Source: Parasitella parasitica NRRL 2501 (taxonomy: Eukaryota; Fungi; Mucoromycota). From it: DNA of 64,000 nucleotides. The stretch lies in contig MU619278.1 in the NCBI GenBank assembly GCA_025201805.1, positions 61,688 to 125,687 on the forward strand, written 5' to 3'. The position numbers and the translations under genes were made by a program. Below the pieces are notes generated by a model. The model did not search any database, had not been told where the DNA came from, and worked only from the letters and a program-made list of their open reading frames with translations. This document shows positions 41,787 through 56,299 of this stretch, in pieces; positions within the stretch are counted from its first letter, which is position 1; the number at the start of each line of letters is the position of its first letter.

Positions 41787-44700
41787 ATGTCAAAACCATT
41801 ATCAGCTAGTCTGTCAGAGACAATGTCGAAACAGAGAAGGCCAATATCCTTCTCAGGAATGAATGTGAACCAAGTAAAACTTGAATTAGCAGCACAACTG
41901 GAAGACAAGGAAAAGTTACTGGGAAAGAACGGCACAAGCCAGATCAGTAGGAATGCCCTCATAAAACAAGCTGATGTTATCAGAAGGGAATTGTTGGATT
42001 TGAATCAGTATGAACAGCAAGATGAGCTGCCTGACGACATTAGATCCAAATTGGAAGGTTTAGCTAACGAAGTGCAATCTTTAAAGAGCTCCAAGGCAAG
42101 AGAAAGCAGCGCAATCTTTTTTTTTTCTTCTTCTTTTTTTCAACCATCTGATCTAATTAATTTTGTATAGTCAACTAGTTTGCACGATAAAAACATAAAT
42201 TCCTCTCCTCTGTTATTACCTCCTGCTCCAACCAATTCTTCACCTTCAAAGCAGCGCACAAAGATAGCAAATGGAAATAGACGAAATCCTGATATTGAAT
42301 TCGCAACCGAAATTGGCCAGGGATTGCTGATTGAAGTGCGGAAACTTCAGGTAAACATCCAAGAAAAAGACGAAACAATCAAGCAACTCGAGCTCGCATT
42401 AGCTGACAGAGAGAGGAATCAAGAAACATCTCAAAGACAGTTGAGGCAAAGAGAAAAAATTGAAGGTATATGTTTTGTTTAAACAGGGACAACACGCAGA
42501 GAAATTCAACATTCTTCATATGAAATAGAGAGATTAACGGAGGAAAACTGGAATCTTGAAGTTGCAAACCAAGAGCTTCGTGCACATTTATCAGACTCTA
42601 ATCAATCTGTGACCAAACACAACTCCGAGTTCAGCAGATTGACTAAGCAGCTGAAGGTCCAATCTGAACAAATCGATATCATGAAAGCTCAAGAGGAGAA
42701 GAATGCATCTGTTGTGGAAGCAATGAAGGCTCGCCATGAACAAGAGACATACCAGCTTCGGCGACATGCAGCGAGTGCACAGCGTGACAATTCTCAACTA
42801 CAAAAGCAAGTGGAAACACTCAACACAGAGCTCAAGATCTGCAAGGCAAAGTTGTCTATCAAGTTGGCTACAACTTTACGTGCTGCTGAAGACATGACAA
42901 CTATTGAACCAAACTCTGGAGCTGTACAAGATCAGGATTCGGAATCTGATCAAGGCAATAGCGCAACGCCTGCTACCGCCGCTTCACCGCAATCTCGTAA
43001 TCAGGCCATGGAGACTGAAACATTGAAGCAATCCTTAGCTCATGCACATCGAATCATCTCGAATCTCAGAAGTTCTTACCATAAAGAAAAGCTGGAGAAA
43101 TTTGAAATTAAAAAGATGTTATCAGACAGCCAAGAAACCATTGAACAAATGAGCAAGGAAATGACTAGTTGGAATACCAATAACGCCATCTCCCTAGAAA
43201 GTGGTGGCCATGGTCGTACAAAGGCAAATGGCAAAAAGAAGCCCTTGACTAAAAAGAGAAGAGGTGGCGTGGCTAGACAACCAAGGGGTCTCTGTCCTAA
43301 CGAATCAGATACAGATCAACAACCTGAGCTGAATGAGGAGGAGAACGACCAAGAGGAGGAAATGCCAGTTGATAGTGAAGATGAAAGTGGCGAGGATGAT
43401 TCAATGAGTTATTTTGGAAACGCTGCTGGAAATACATTAGATAGCATATTTGCCAACAGCACTCCATTTGCTTCAATTGCCATGAAACCATTATCCTCAG
43501 AACTGGAAGCCAAGGTTCAAGTCATTGATGTAGGCATCAATACGGACCATATAGAATTTGCAACATGCAGCCATAGCCATTCTTCTGAGTCATTATCGTC
43601 ACCTTCGGCCTTGATGGTTTCATCGTCATTACCTGTCAATGTTGAACACCAAGAAGAAGCTGGTGATACACGTTCTGACTCCTTTGTAGTACAAGACAGA
43701 AATGTTCCTCATGTTGATAATCAGGAGGCGTCTGCGGCGGCAACAATCAATCAAGTTGACAAAGCAGAGAATGTCACAGCGAAAGGGATTATTTCTCAGC
43801 CCGACGAATCTGACGGTGTACCCATCCAGCACAGCAATACAAAGGAGAGCCTGACAGAAGAGTACGTTCAGAGACAAATATCAAACGTCCTAATCAAGGA
43901 GAGACAAGAAATAGCTCAACGTGCAGAGGCTATTCTTTCTCCTGAACAGATAGAGATATTATTACCTAATCACAATCAATCGCAATCAAATTCCGCATCG
44001 AGATCAACCCAAAACACATCCAAATCGACTCCTGAACAGCATGCTAAAACGCAACTAATACCCAAATCTGACGTAGACAAGATGATTGAGACGGCCATAT
44101 TGGAGAAGACAGTGGACATGGTCCATAAATCTGAAGTGGAGGAATTGATTAAACAATCAGTACGCGAAGAAAGAACAAAACTAGAAGAGCACGCGGCTGC
44201 GAATATGATACCCAAGACCGAGGTCGATGCCATGATTTGCGCAGCCACAGAAAAGGCAAATACTGCCGCCGCAGAGACACAAAAGAACATGGTTTCCAAG
44301 GCCGAGGTCAATAATTTGATTCAAGAGGCTCGCAAAGAGTCTATCGTTGAAGCGCAAAAGAATATGGTAACCAAAACTGAAGCAGACACGTTGGCCCTGG
44401 CTGCTGTGGCCTTAGCGACGGAAAAATTGATCAAAAAGAAGGCTGAAGAGAAAGATGCGTTAGTGTCTGAGATGATTTCAAAGGAAGAGGCGCAAGATAT
44501 GGTGCAACAAGCATCGTTGGCCGAAAAGAGAAAGGTTAAAGAGCAAGTTGACATGGCATTGGACAAGCAGAGGTCTGAGTTCGAGCTCATCAAGAAGTCT
44601 GAAATCGAGAAAATGGAAACAGTCAATGCAGCAATGTTGGAGAAAGTGAAGGCAGACATGGATGCTGTCAAAAAGACCGAATTGGACAAATTGATACTAG

Positions 44701-46700
44701 AGCTAGAAGCTCGCAAAGATGCAGATTTAGACGATCACAAACGAAAATTCGATAGCTTGAAGGCAGACGAATTGGAAAAGCAAAGATTAGATCTACAAGC
44801 AACCATGCAAGCTAAACTAGATGAACAGAAGCAAGAAATTGAGTCGAGAATTGCCGAAATCGAACAGCAAAAGGAAGAGGCAACCAATATCAAACAAGCA
44901 GAAATTGACGCTTTAAGTAAAACAATTGAAGCCTATAAGAAAGAGTCTGAAGAAACAGTGCAAAGAATCAAGACAATGCTAACAAAAGATAGCGCAAACG
45001 TTCTTGTTAAGCGTGCGGTAGCTGACGCAGTAGAAGCTGCTGAGAAGAAGCATTCTGAAGCTATGGCGGGCATGATTTCGAGAGAGTTTGCTCTTCGTAT
45101 GGCCCAAGATGAAGTAGCGAAATCACTAAAAGCCGAAAGAGAAGAAGTCGAGGCAATGCAAATGATATCCAAGGCAGAAGCCGAAGCCCTAGCCAAGGTT
45201 GCTGCTGCAGACGCAATCGTTAAGGAGCGCCAGACAATGGCTGCTCGTGAAAAGGAATTGATTACCAAGGAAGAGGCCGATGCATTGGCTGAATCTGCTG
45301 CAAGAGAAGCTGCTGATAAAGAGAGGGCAGAGTCTGCTTTGATCTTGGCTAAAGAAAGAAAGGCAATGCGTGAAAAAGAAGATCGCATGGTTTACAAGGA
45401 GGAAGCTGAACAAAACAGCAAAGAAGCAGTTCGAATTGCATTATTGGAGCACGAAAAGAAAAAGTCTAAAGAAGCTTCCATTGCAATGAACAATGTGAAT
45501 CCTGTAGCCTCAAGATTTGCGTCCCAAGAGCAAATAGAAGCACCTAAATCGATTGAACGTTCAGTATCTACGTCAAGATTAGGTCTTCCTTCTGTCAACG
45601 TATCACCATCGCCCTCTGTATCTACACCTGCTAGCACAAGTCGTAAATTAAAGCTATCAGCCTCAGTATCTTCATTAAGATTAGGCTCTGGAAGAAAGGA
45701 AAACAATATCCAAAAGAGCCAACGTCCCAGCACCGATAACACTGGCAATTCATTTGGCAGCTTCCGTATTTTAGAGAATACCAAATATACCTCTCACCGT
45801 CTTCAGTCAAGATCATCTATTAGTCTACGAGAGCTCTCGAATAAGCAACATTCTTCGACATCTATCTCTACAATGTCTTCTGCTGATGATAATCAAACGT
45901 CTATTAGTAGAATTCATATGCCTATGAGGTCTGATGAGAGCTTTAGCGGCTTCTCTACTAATGGAGGTACAGATGTTGAAGTTATTTCTGCTATTACACA
46001 AACTATGATTGGCGAATGGATGTCAAAGCATACTCGTCGTTATGTGGGTGGTGGAATATCCGAAAATAAGCACAAAAGATTCTTCTGGGTCCACCCTTAT
46101 ACTGGCACTCTGTATTGGAGTTCGGTAGAACCAGGCTACGAAGGAAATGGAGCCAAGGCTAAGAGTGGTAAGTATAGAGGTTGGGATTTGATTAATCAAT
46201 AGTTAACAAACTTTGTAATCTCCAGCCTTCATTGGATCTGTATCTGGTGTACCAAGTAATGATAATTCTGGAGGGTCTCCTATGAGCTTGTTGATCCGCA
46301 CTCCCAAGAGAGATATTAAAATAACCGCACCATCATTAGAGCGACATGAACTGTGGCTGAAGGTAAACTATCAGAATCGAAACCATGAGATTACGATCGA
46401 TGCTAACTACGATGATAGTCTTTAACTTTCTTATTACACCGACCATACGATACCAACAATCAAATATTAGAGGAACCACGATTTACATCAGATAGCGGCG
46501 TTGAACATGCTGGACATCAACAATCAACTAACTCGGCAACAATCGATTCAAGGGCTTCCGAAAGAAGCCTTCCTCAAATGACGGATGTTACTCAGTATGA
46601 TTCAGATGATTCAGAGGACATGGTAAATATCAGACAATGCTGTGATGGTAAACACGATGTCTCGACTCTTTCGCGCGGGCTCCATCATCACCATCATTAG
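41787..46700 (+). CDS. NUM1: Num1/ApsA/Mcp5 cortical dynein anchor with C-terminal PH domain
   Basis: DIEFATEIGQGLLIEVRKLQ, EENWNLE, long coiled coil, AITQTMIGEWMSKHTRR..HKRFFWVHPYT.TLYWS (PH) and C-terminal NIRQCCDGKHDV. Confidence 0.9.
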
Positions 46701-48005
46701 TAAATAATATATATACACCTTTTAAAAAAAGTATGCTACATACATCTATCAATAAAAAAAAACTGTCTTTTTCAGTTGCAAATTCTACAAAAGAAATATT
46801 TTCAACCCAAACTTTATATAAAATGTAAAATGCTCATGTAAATCAAGAGCCTCAACAACAAAGGCTTCAAATTGTCATAAATCTACTGCCTAATCGTCTG
46901 CTAGATAAGCTCACTGATGCAGACATATAGAACAGAATACAACTGCTTGTTTCATCTTAACTCACGGCCTCTTATTAGTAAGATTTGCTTCTCTTGAAAC
47001 CTAAATGATACAACAACTATGGTTAATTCCTCAACAAAGCAGGTGCACAACGTTTAATTCACCAAGAGGTCTTGTTGCTATAAACCTCATTATACTATCA
47101 TAAAGAGAAACCTCAGCTTGATAACAATTGTCATTTTAAAGCTTTTTCAAATACTTTTTCATTTCGTAGTTTACTACTCACGAACGATCAGGCTCTTTTG
47201 TTTATAATTTATGAGCACTTTGCGCTTATTATTCAATTTTTCTATATATCGTTGTGATTCTATACATTTATCAACGCTAAATAAATATGTATTTTACCTG
47301 CACCATACGTAGAAATATTTGAAGTTGTCGTCTGTGATGCAAGATATGAATAATAGCACTTGTATGCGCATTTTCGTGATATTTGAAGAGTGGAGTGCTT
47401 TAAGGAAAAATATTTAATTGGAAATAACAAGTGCAGTATGCATCAAGCATAAGGAGATTCCATTCTGATAGTAGTGGTTTCGATGATGTATAGAGATTGA
47501 AGTGGAAGGGTGCTACTAATTGCTGCTGAACGAATTCTGATATTCTCCCTTTGCTTTGTAGTTTAACTGCATGTAAGGGGAAAAGAACCATGGTTTTTCT
47601 TTCAACTAATACAAGTTCAAATCTTTTTGTCTGATATAAATTCAACCACCATTTGCAAGTTAAGAGCAGCGCTATGCATGTCTGTTAGTATACAAATATG
47701 CGAAAATAAACCATTCGTCTATTTTGTTCGTAAAGTGCCCATCACGCTTTCTAAGCCCTGATTCTATTGATGTTTACATCTCGTGCATTGTAACATTGCT
47801 TTTCTGTAGTGTATTTTAATGCAATGAGACAGCAGGAGGCCCTTTGTACATTTGTAAATTATTTGATGGCCTCTCTATGACAACAAACAAAATGATCTTC
47901 AGCTGACATATTTGTACAAATAGCTAACAAAGCTTCAGATTTACTCGAATGCCTTTTTTTTTTATTTCAATTGTACAAACAAAACAAAAACCTGCGTTAT
48001 CAAAT

Positions 48006-48215
48006 ATGAAGCTTAATTTGATAATATCTTTTGCATTTGCCCTACTTATTATGTCTATATCTGCTGCTCCCAGAGCAAGTGAAAAGCGAAGTACTCTGGG
48101 TGATAACACTGAAGTATTCACAGATTCAAAGGCTGGTACAGAACTTGCAGAGGAGGAAGAACGTCCTGATGATGGCGATTTTGATTTTGATTTCCTTGAA
48201 CACATTCTTAAATAA
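48006..48215 (+). CDS. Small secreted acidic peptide precursor (69 aa)
   Basis: MKLNLIISFAFALLIMSISA|AP signal peptide, then a KR dibasic site and an acidic tail. Confidence 0.65.
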   Translation: MKLNLIISFAFALLIMSISAAPRASEKRSTLGDNTEVFTDSKAGTELAEEEERPDDGDFDFDFLEHILK

Positions 48216-48295
48216 ACTGTGACTATATGCGTATGATTTTACTTTGAAAACTTAGAATAAAAAATGGGCATCTTTATCTTTGATAATATATAACA

Positions 48296-49815
48296 ATGTC
48301 TCTTCAAGAATGTTTAGAAGCACTAGTTGCAAATTCCAAGAAAGCATCGTCAATAGAGTTTAAGGAAAGCTCATCTGAAGTTTTGTCAGATCTAATAACA
48401 CGTAAACGAAAGCTAATAAGAGAACCTGAAGCACATGAGTTGAAGCTTCAAGCTCTTTGTGCCGGTGATTTCACTACAACAAAGTACATTACTGATTAAG
48501 AAGCTAAAAACTCTAGTATTTGGATGATTCACATTTAAAATAGATTAAAGCACGATTTATTCAAAACTACTCCTAATCGACCAAACACAAAAAGGCAAGA
48601 GATCGAGAAAATTTTGAAAGCTGCAAACGCCTTGAATCAGATTAGGTAAATATCTGGGATGTGTGTAGTTTGAAAGCACACTTTACTCATTAATTACATT
48701 TAGCAACATACCAGAAATGAAGATGAGGATCGAAGAATTAGCACATATCCACGAAGAGCGACAAACTAACCTTGATTATCTGTATGAGGCTTCCGCAAAG
48801 GTAACGCATCAGGTTAACAGATGCTCAGCAAAGATACTTACGATTCATAGTATGATGCAGAGATAAAACAATTTAAAGAAAACGAGGCCGTTCCGATGGA
48901 TATTGACGATGACTTTGGTGACTACGATGACAGTGTCATTCGTGATGAAACACGAAAGGTTGAAAGATTGAATCAGGAATTGGAAGAGAAAAAGACAAAG
49001 AGAAAAGTGATCCAGCAAAAGAAACAAGAGCAACTCGATATCCGAGATTCGTTGGACGAACTGCAGCAAAAAATAAGAGCATCCATGACGAATAAGACAA
49101 ACGAAGGATTAAGTTTACTGGAAAACCGAATACTCGAAGAGAAGCAGAAAATCCAAGAACTAGGTAAGACGATCAAGGTACGGCACCCAAATTTGTAGTT
49201 TGACATCAAGCAGATCTACAGATAAAAGCTCTTGATGAAGTCAGTTCAATAACCCCACACCCTCAGCCGACGTTTAAAATTCGAGAATTAAGTGTAGGGT
49301 TTAAAGCGCGAATCGATAGGCTACTTCATTCCAGCCTTCAAGAAGAAACTACAACCGATTTAAATGATCTCTCTCGATTATTCGCGTCTATTCAAAAGGA
49401 AATACAGACGCAATTAGCTCATTTAAAACAGGTGGAGTCGAATGAAAGGCACGAACAGGCAGCTGGACTAGTTTATCTCAAAGTTTTGGATTTCATTCAA
49501 CACCACAATGAAAAGAAGCATCATGTTATTCCCAATTTTGATCAATTCAGGACCATTTTCCCAAATTGCAGACTGACTGATACTGGTTTTCTCGAAATAA
49601 ACAAGGAATCTAGAGTGCTGACATGGATTCTATCTAAGCTCAATGGCAATGGCAGATCGATGCTTTGGACAGATTTGACTCGATTTGTACAGGAATTAGC
49701 AGAGAAACAAAACTATCCGGAACAAGAAGCCATACAGTGTATTCATAAACTGGTCGGCCTTGGACTTGCCGTTATTGATCGTTCTCAAAACGAAAGTGTA
49801 GTTAGACTACTATGA
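48296..49815 (+). CDS. DASH/Dam1 complex subunit Spc34-like with coiled-coil and winged-helix-like C-terminal extension
   Basis: N-terminus MSLQECLEALVANSKKASSIEF..LIREPEAHE and EIEKILKAANAL..IPEMKMRIEEL..LDYLYE resemble Spc34. The spliced gene model is well supported; the family call is tentative. Confidence 0.55.
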
Positions 49816-50624
49816 AACATACATAAAGGATCACAGTAGTTTTTCTTAAAAAAAATTCAAGACTTCAGCTTTATGATATGTTACAATGGGTTTTCCTTAC
49901 TTCCTCCCAAAATAAGACAAGCTTGTATTTATCATTCGATAATACAAAACTATATCAATAATGTCTGAAAGTACACTTTTTAACGAATTTTAGCTGTTTC
50001 TAACTGCTGTCTGTCTTCATTTAAGCGTATGTTTGTTGTCAAATTTGAAAGTATTTGCGACAGATGATGTTGACTATACGGCCGTCTATGCTGGTATCAG
50101 CAGTTTGGCGAGGAGGAGGATTGATAAAACAGCAATGTCTGAGGCATTCTTTGCACAGCAGGTACGAAGATGGGTATCGATAAAAGTTATTAGCTCACAA
50201 ATATCTGTGTTTTTATTATAGAATATTATCTTCATATATAATGAGGTCTCTAGGCCGACATTTTAACAAATACATGTGCTTGCAAACTGTTTGGTCTTTA
50301 CAACCATATGATTTCATAACTTCATTTTGGAGATATAGAACCTTCTTGAGTTCGTTGGTTGGTAGGGCACGGAAATCAAAGGCAAACGACTTGAGTCATA
50401 TCGAAGTTCATGGATGTCATTATTTTCAGCTTGTTTTAGGAGGAAACAAGGCTGTTCTTACGATGAATAGTTTATTGATATTTCGCTGTAACCGTTTAGA
50501 CTTCACATACGTCAACAAACGGCGGGATTTATGTGTGTTGCTGCTGAAATGCTTTATTTTCGGATCCTTTTAGTACAAGCTTTTTTCTTTCGTTTTTATT
50601 CCTGTTATTTATTTTACTTATCAA

Positions 50625-52155
50625 ATGGATCTCAATAAATCGTTGTCTTTAGACAAAAACAAGGAGGAAAATAAACTGAAAAGAGAAGTACCATCACCCA
50701 GAAATCGTCCAGTCTTGCCTCCTATGAGTAGACTTGGCCTACCTCCATTATCGAATAGTAGCGCTTCTAATCGAAGCCCTTTATCTGTTCGTACTCAAAG
50801 CCCTGCTGTTAGTGGACCTGGAGGCGGTAAGAAAATGGGGAAACCTGGATTGAACCTATCGCAATTAGGTTTATCACCTAAACCAGAGCAAACACCTTTT
50901 GCCAATTTCTCTAAATACGTGTAAGTATAAAGATGGCTACCCAATTTTCTTCTTTCTTTCTATATTCGTTACTAAATCAATTTGTAGTGATCCTTCTGGC
51001 AAACTGAATTTCTCTGGTAAAGCTATTATTCACGCTGATGGCGTTGATTTCAGCAATGGCAATAGTTTTACGATAAAAATGGACGATCTTATATTACAAG
51101 AAGAACTTGGAAAGGGACAATATGGTACTGTGCAAAAAGTCAAGCATCGAGTTACTAATGTGACAATGGCAATGAAGGTTAGTTTATCTCAGCATCTGTC
51201 ATTTTAAATGTACTGAAATATACTGGGATGTCGTATGATCTCTGCAGGAAATTCGCTTAGAATTGGACGAAACAAAACTACATCAAATTTTGATGGAATT
51301 AGACATTCTACACAAGAGTTCTGGCGAATATATAGTTGAGTTTTATGGCGCATTCTTTATTGAATCATGTGTATATTATTGCATGGAATATATGGATGCT
51401 GGTTCTCTTGACAAACTTTACGGTGAAGGTGTACCTGAAGATGTCTTGGCAAAAATTGCCATATCGGTAAAGATCATGCTTTACATCATCGTGAATTAAC
51501 GCTAACAAATACATGTAGATGGTAAAGGGATTAAAATTCTTGAAAGATGAACTTTCCATTATTCATAGAGGTAAAATGAGATTATCTTGATTTGATAGTA
51601 ATGTAGATATAAATCATTTGCACAGATGTTAAGCCCACGAACGTACTTGCTAATTTAAAAGGTCAAGTTAAACTATGTGATTTTGGTGTATCAGGCCAAC
51701 TTGAAAAATCATTAGCAAAAACAAATATTGGTTGCCAGAGTTACATGGCAGTAAGTTTATTTCCTTACTTACCAGATAACGGTTAGCGTCTTTTTAAACT
51801 GAACACTTGTTTTTAATAGCCTGAACGTATTAGAACAGCAAATACGTATTCAGTTTCTTCCGATGTTTGGTCTCTTGGTATCTCGCTTGTGGAAATTGCA
51901 CTTGGACGCTATCCTTATAAATATGACAACATGTTTGCGCAGTTGAAAGCGATTATCGACGATGAACCACCTTGTTTGCCAAGCGATACTTTCTCAAAAG
52001 AAGCCTGTAATTTCATTGATTCATGTCTCCAAAAGGATCCCCTGAAGAGACCTGTATATGCGGATTTGCTGGAGCATCCCTTTATCAAGAAATATGAGGA
52101 TGTTGATGTCGATATGGCAAAATGGGCTGCTGATGCCTTCGGGAACAGGAAATAA
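50625..52155 (+). CDS. PBS2: HOG pathway MAP kinase kinase Pbs2/Wis1
   Basis: GKLNFSGKAIIHADGVDFSNG, ELGKGQYGTV, MAMKEIRLELDE, IIHRDVKPTN, SLAKTNIGCQSYMAPERI. Confidence 0.93.
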
Positions 52156-52212
52156 TATAATAAAAATTACTTTCCCGTTCATTCGAGCCTCGTTAAAGAT
52201 CTGTAGAAAATT

Positions 52213-52790
52213 TTACTTTATGCGTATATAGATTCCCATAATGGAACAGAAGGAGGAGGATGGTACCGGATTTCGCATGAAAACAATAATTTTTGAAAAG
52301 GAGAAAGTCTTGACTAATGATGATGATTTTATTAATTTCAGTAAATCTCTTCTTCTGTTATAGGTACTCTGATCAACCCAACCGTGGCAGTTTTCTTGAG
52401 CTATTTCCTGACTGCACTCCCCAATGTATTTTACCAGCTCTGCTGTTGTGAGCCTAAGTTTTCTTTTAACGAGTCCTTTTAGCTTAGAAAAGCACTCCTC
52501 AATTGTATTTAGGAATGGACTATAGCCGGGCAAAAATAGACATGATGGCGAGTATTCTCAACTTACTTCCTTACCTTTGGAGCCGTGTGAATTCTGGCAT
52601 TACCCATAATAAAATGCTGCGGAGGAGTACTATTGTCTCTGTCAACGCTTGCAATGATTTGTTTGATAAAATTAATAAAGATCTCGGCGCTAGTACCTTC
52701 AGGTTCTTGCTTCACGGATGCATCTTTGATACCATTGTAAGGAATTCCAGCCATAACAGAAATATTGGTTGCTCTTTTTGTTTTGTATAG
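52213..52790 (-). mobile_element. Tc1/mariner-IS630 DDE transposase remnant
   Basis: GTSAEIFINFI..HFIMGNARIH (degenerate DNARIH) and PGYSPFLNTIEECFSKLKGLVKR lie in different frames; frameshifted. Confidence 0.85.
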
Positions 52791-53147
52791 ACTGGTGTTT
52801 GAAAAGAGAGCTGTTACGGTAATTATTTCAGAAATAAAATGAAGAGCAAATGTAGGCTACCACTTGGCAAATAACTTTTTCTTGATATTAATCAGATTTT
52901 TAGTTTAGACTTTCTTCTTTTTCGTAGTTGACTTTCACCAAAAGCCATTGATTTTATCTTTTTAAATGCGAAATCCGGTATAAGGTAGAACATGATTGTC
53001 AAGTTTCAATATAAAGTACTTCCAACATGCGCTAAGCATACAACCCTTTAAATTGCACATCCGAATTAAAATGCCTGAGCTATGTTTAAAAAGAGTCATT
53101 TGGACAGTGGAGGACGTTTCTCTTTTTTTCTCATCTTGAAATACTAA

Positions 53148-54216
<1,069 letters not shown>

Positions 54217-54419
54217 TAATAATGAATTATTCCCTAATTTTATAATGATATCTACTTTACTTAATTTCTTTTTAGAATTTAACTACTTTTTACTAATATT
54301 TTTGTTGCCCTGTAACCTACATTAAAATGTTATTCCGAAATTTTGTTTCATTTGCAACATAAAAGGGATTATTTTCAATTTTGACGGGTTTATTCACATA
54401 AAAAGTTTTTACGGGATAA

Positions 54420-55627
54420 ATGAAAGTTCTAATATCAAATGACGATGGTAACTTTACTATTTTCTAGTTTGATGTTTGGGGCATTGACATGATATTTTGA
54501 ACAGGACCGCCAAGTTTAGATGAGTCGCCGTTTATTCTGCCATTTATTGAGCACTTGGAAAGCTTAGGTTGGGATGTAAAGTAAGTTACAAAGCAAGCAA
54601 GTAGTGTTCCGTTAAGCCAAAACATCAATACATTTGCACACAGAGTTTGTTTACCTGACTGTCAGAAATCTTGGATTGCAAAGTCTTTCATGATTAAAGA
54701 AGATATTCGGTTACGTTATTTTAATCGAGAGACGAAGCAGATCACTGAGGAAAAGCAAAACGATAATGATTTTTATTTGGTAACTCAATGCATTCTATAT
54801 ATCAGGCTTGTTTGATTGAAAATACTTGACAAAGTTGAGTGGAACACCAGCAACGTGTGTCAACATTGCTTTAAACCACTTGTTCAAAGGTGAAGAGTTC
54901 GATTTAGTCATTGGCGGTCCCAATTTTGGCAGAAACATCTCAACGTATTGTTACAGTATTTATTAAGTCGCACGATATGCCATTCATTTACTCGATTGTT
55001 GCATTTTAGAATCTTCACACTTGCATCAGGAACAATAGGTGCAGCCATGTAAGTGCACCGCACATAACAGTGCAGGCATCAAACATTAATATTTTTCTAC
55101 AATACATAGGGAAGCTGTTTTAAACAAGAAAAAAGCAATCTCAATCTCCTTTTGCTTTTGCAATCAAGAACCTAAATGTATTAAAAACTGTTGCGAAACT
55201 GCAAGTGATATTATCCAACATTTATACAAATCCTCTCGGAGAGATACACCTTGGCCACAAGATGGAATGTTCAATGTTAATATCCCAATGAAAGATTATC
55301 GTTGTCCTATCCATATCACTGATTTCCACAGGGCTGTGTACGGCTCTCTATTCAAGAAGATGGATGATGATAAGGGAAGAAATACCTTCAAGTTCTCACC
55401 TGATTTTTCTGTTATTAACAAAGACAGTAATGGTTTACCCGGCACAGACAAGTGGGCAGTGATGAACGATTGTGTATCAGGTATTATATCCAAACTCAAA
55501 ACAATCCAAGCGTGTTCCTTTTATTAATCTTCCTCTAGTGACGCCCATGATTGCCGCTTTCCAAACTGCAATTACTAAAGATTTAGACTATAATTTTGAT
55601 GTTTTCAACAAGAAATATGTCCAATAG
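54420..55627 (+). CDS. Stand-alone SurE-family nucleotidase/phosphatase
   Basis: Spliced MKVLISNDDG|PPS..SPFI, QKSWIAKS, LSGTPATCVNIAL, DLVIGGPNFGRN, SGTIGAAM|EA, FNVNIP, GTDKWAV, SVTP. Mostly missed by the ORF track. Confidence 0.9.
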
Positions 55628-56299
55628 AAGGTATTATTATTATGTTGCATTAGACAATATTTTACAAACACTGTGTAATTCTTAAAATCGCAGCTTCAGA
55701 GTCAGGATATTTAAGATCTACTTGAAACTTTCTGATCTGAGTGATGTCCATTGATACACAAGAATCCCAATTGTAATGTTCTACACAAATCGTATTCAAT
55801 CTTCAAATTTTAAAGCAAGCTTCGAGTTTCTTGATCGCAATTCGCACATTTAAAGTTTCAGATCTTCTTGTTCCATGATTGGTGTCCTCATTGTCTCAGT
55901 TATTCAAAAGATATTGTGGTACTGTATAATATTCAAGTCTAACGGAACAAATTTTCATCTTTTAAGAGAGACAAGTATGAATTGGAGTCAATATTTTTCA
56001 TTTGAAAGTGATTAAGAACATCAGTTGGTAATTTCCATGTTGGATTTGACTTCTTATCTATCCAACGATGATGAGATTCAATTTACATAATGATAGAGAA
56101 CTAGATGTTACAATACGGAGGAAACGTTAATAAGTCAAAATTATCTATTTTTATATACCGTAAGTTATCATCCTTAAACACATGTTTAATAAGTCTTGCT
56201 TAAATATGTTTACTGTTTATATTTTTTTAGAACATATATTCTATTCAAGAATATCGCTTAGAAGTTAAGATCTCACTCACACATTTTTGGCGTCCCGCT

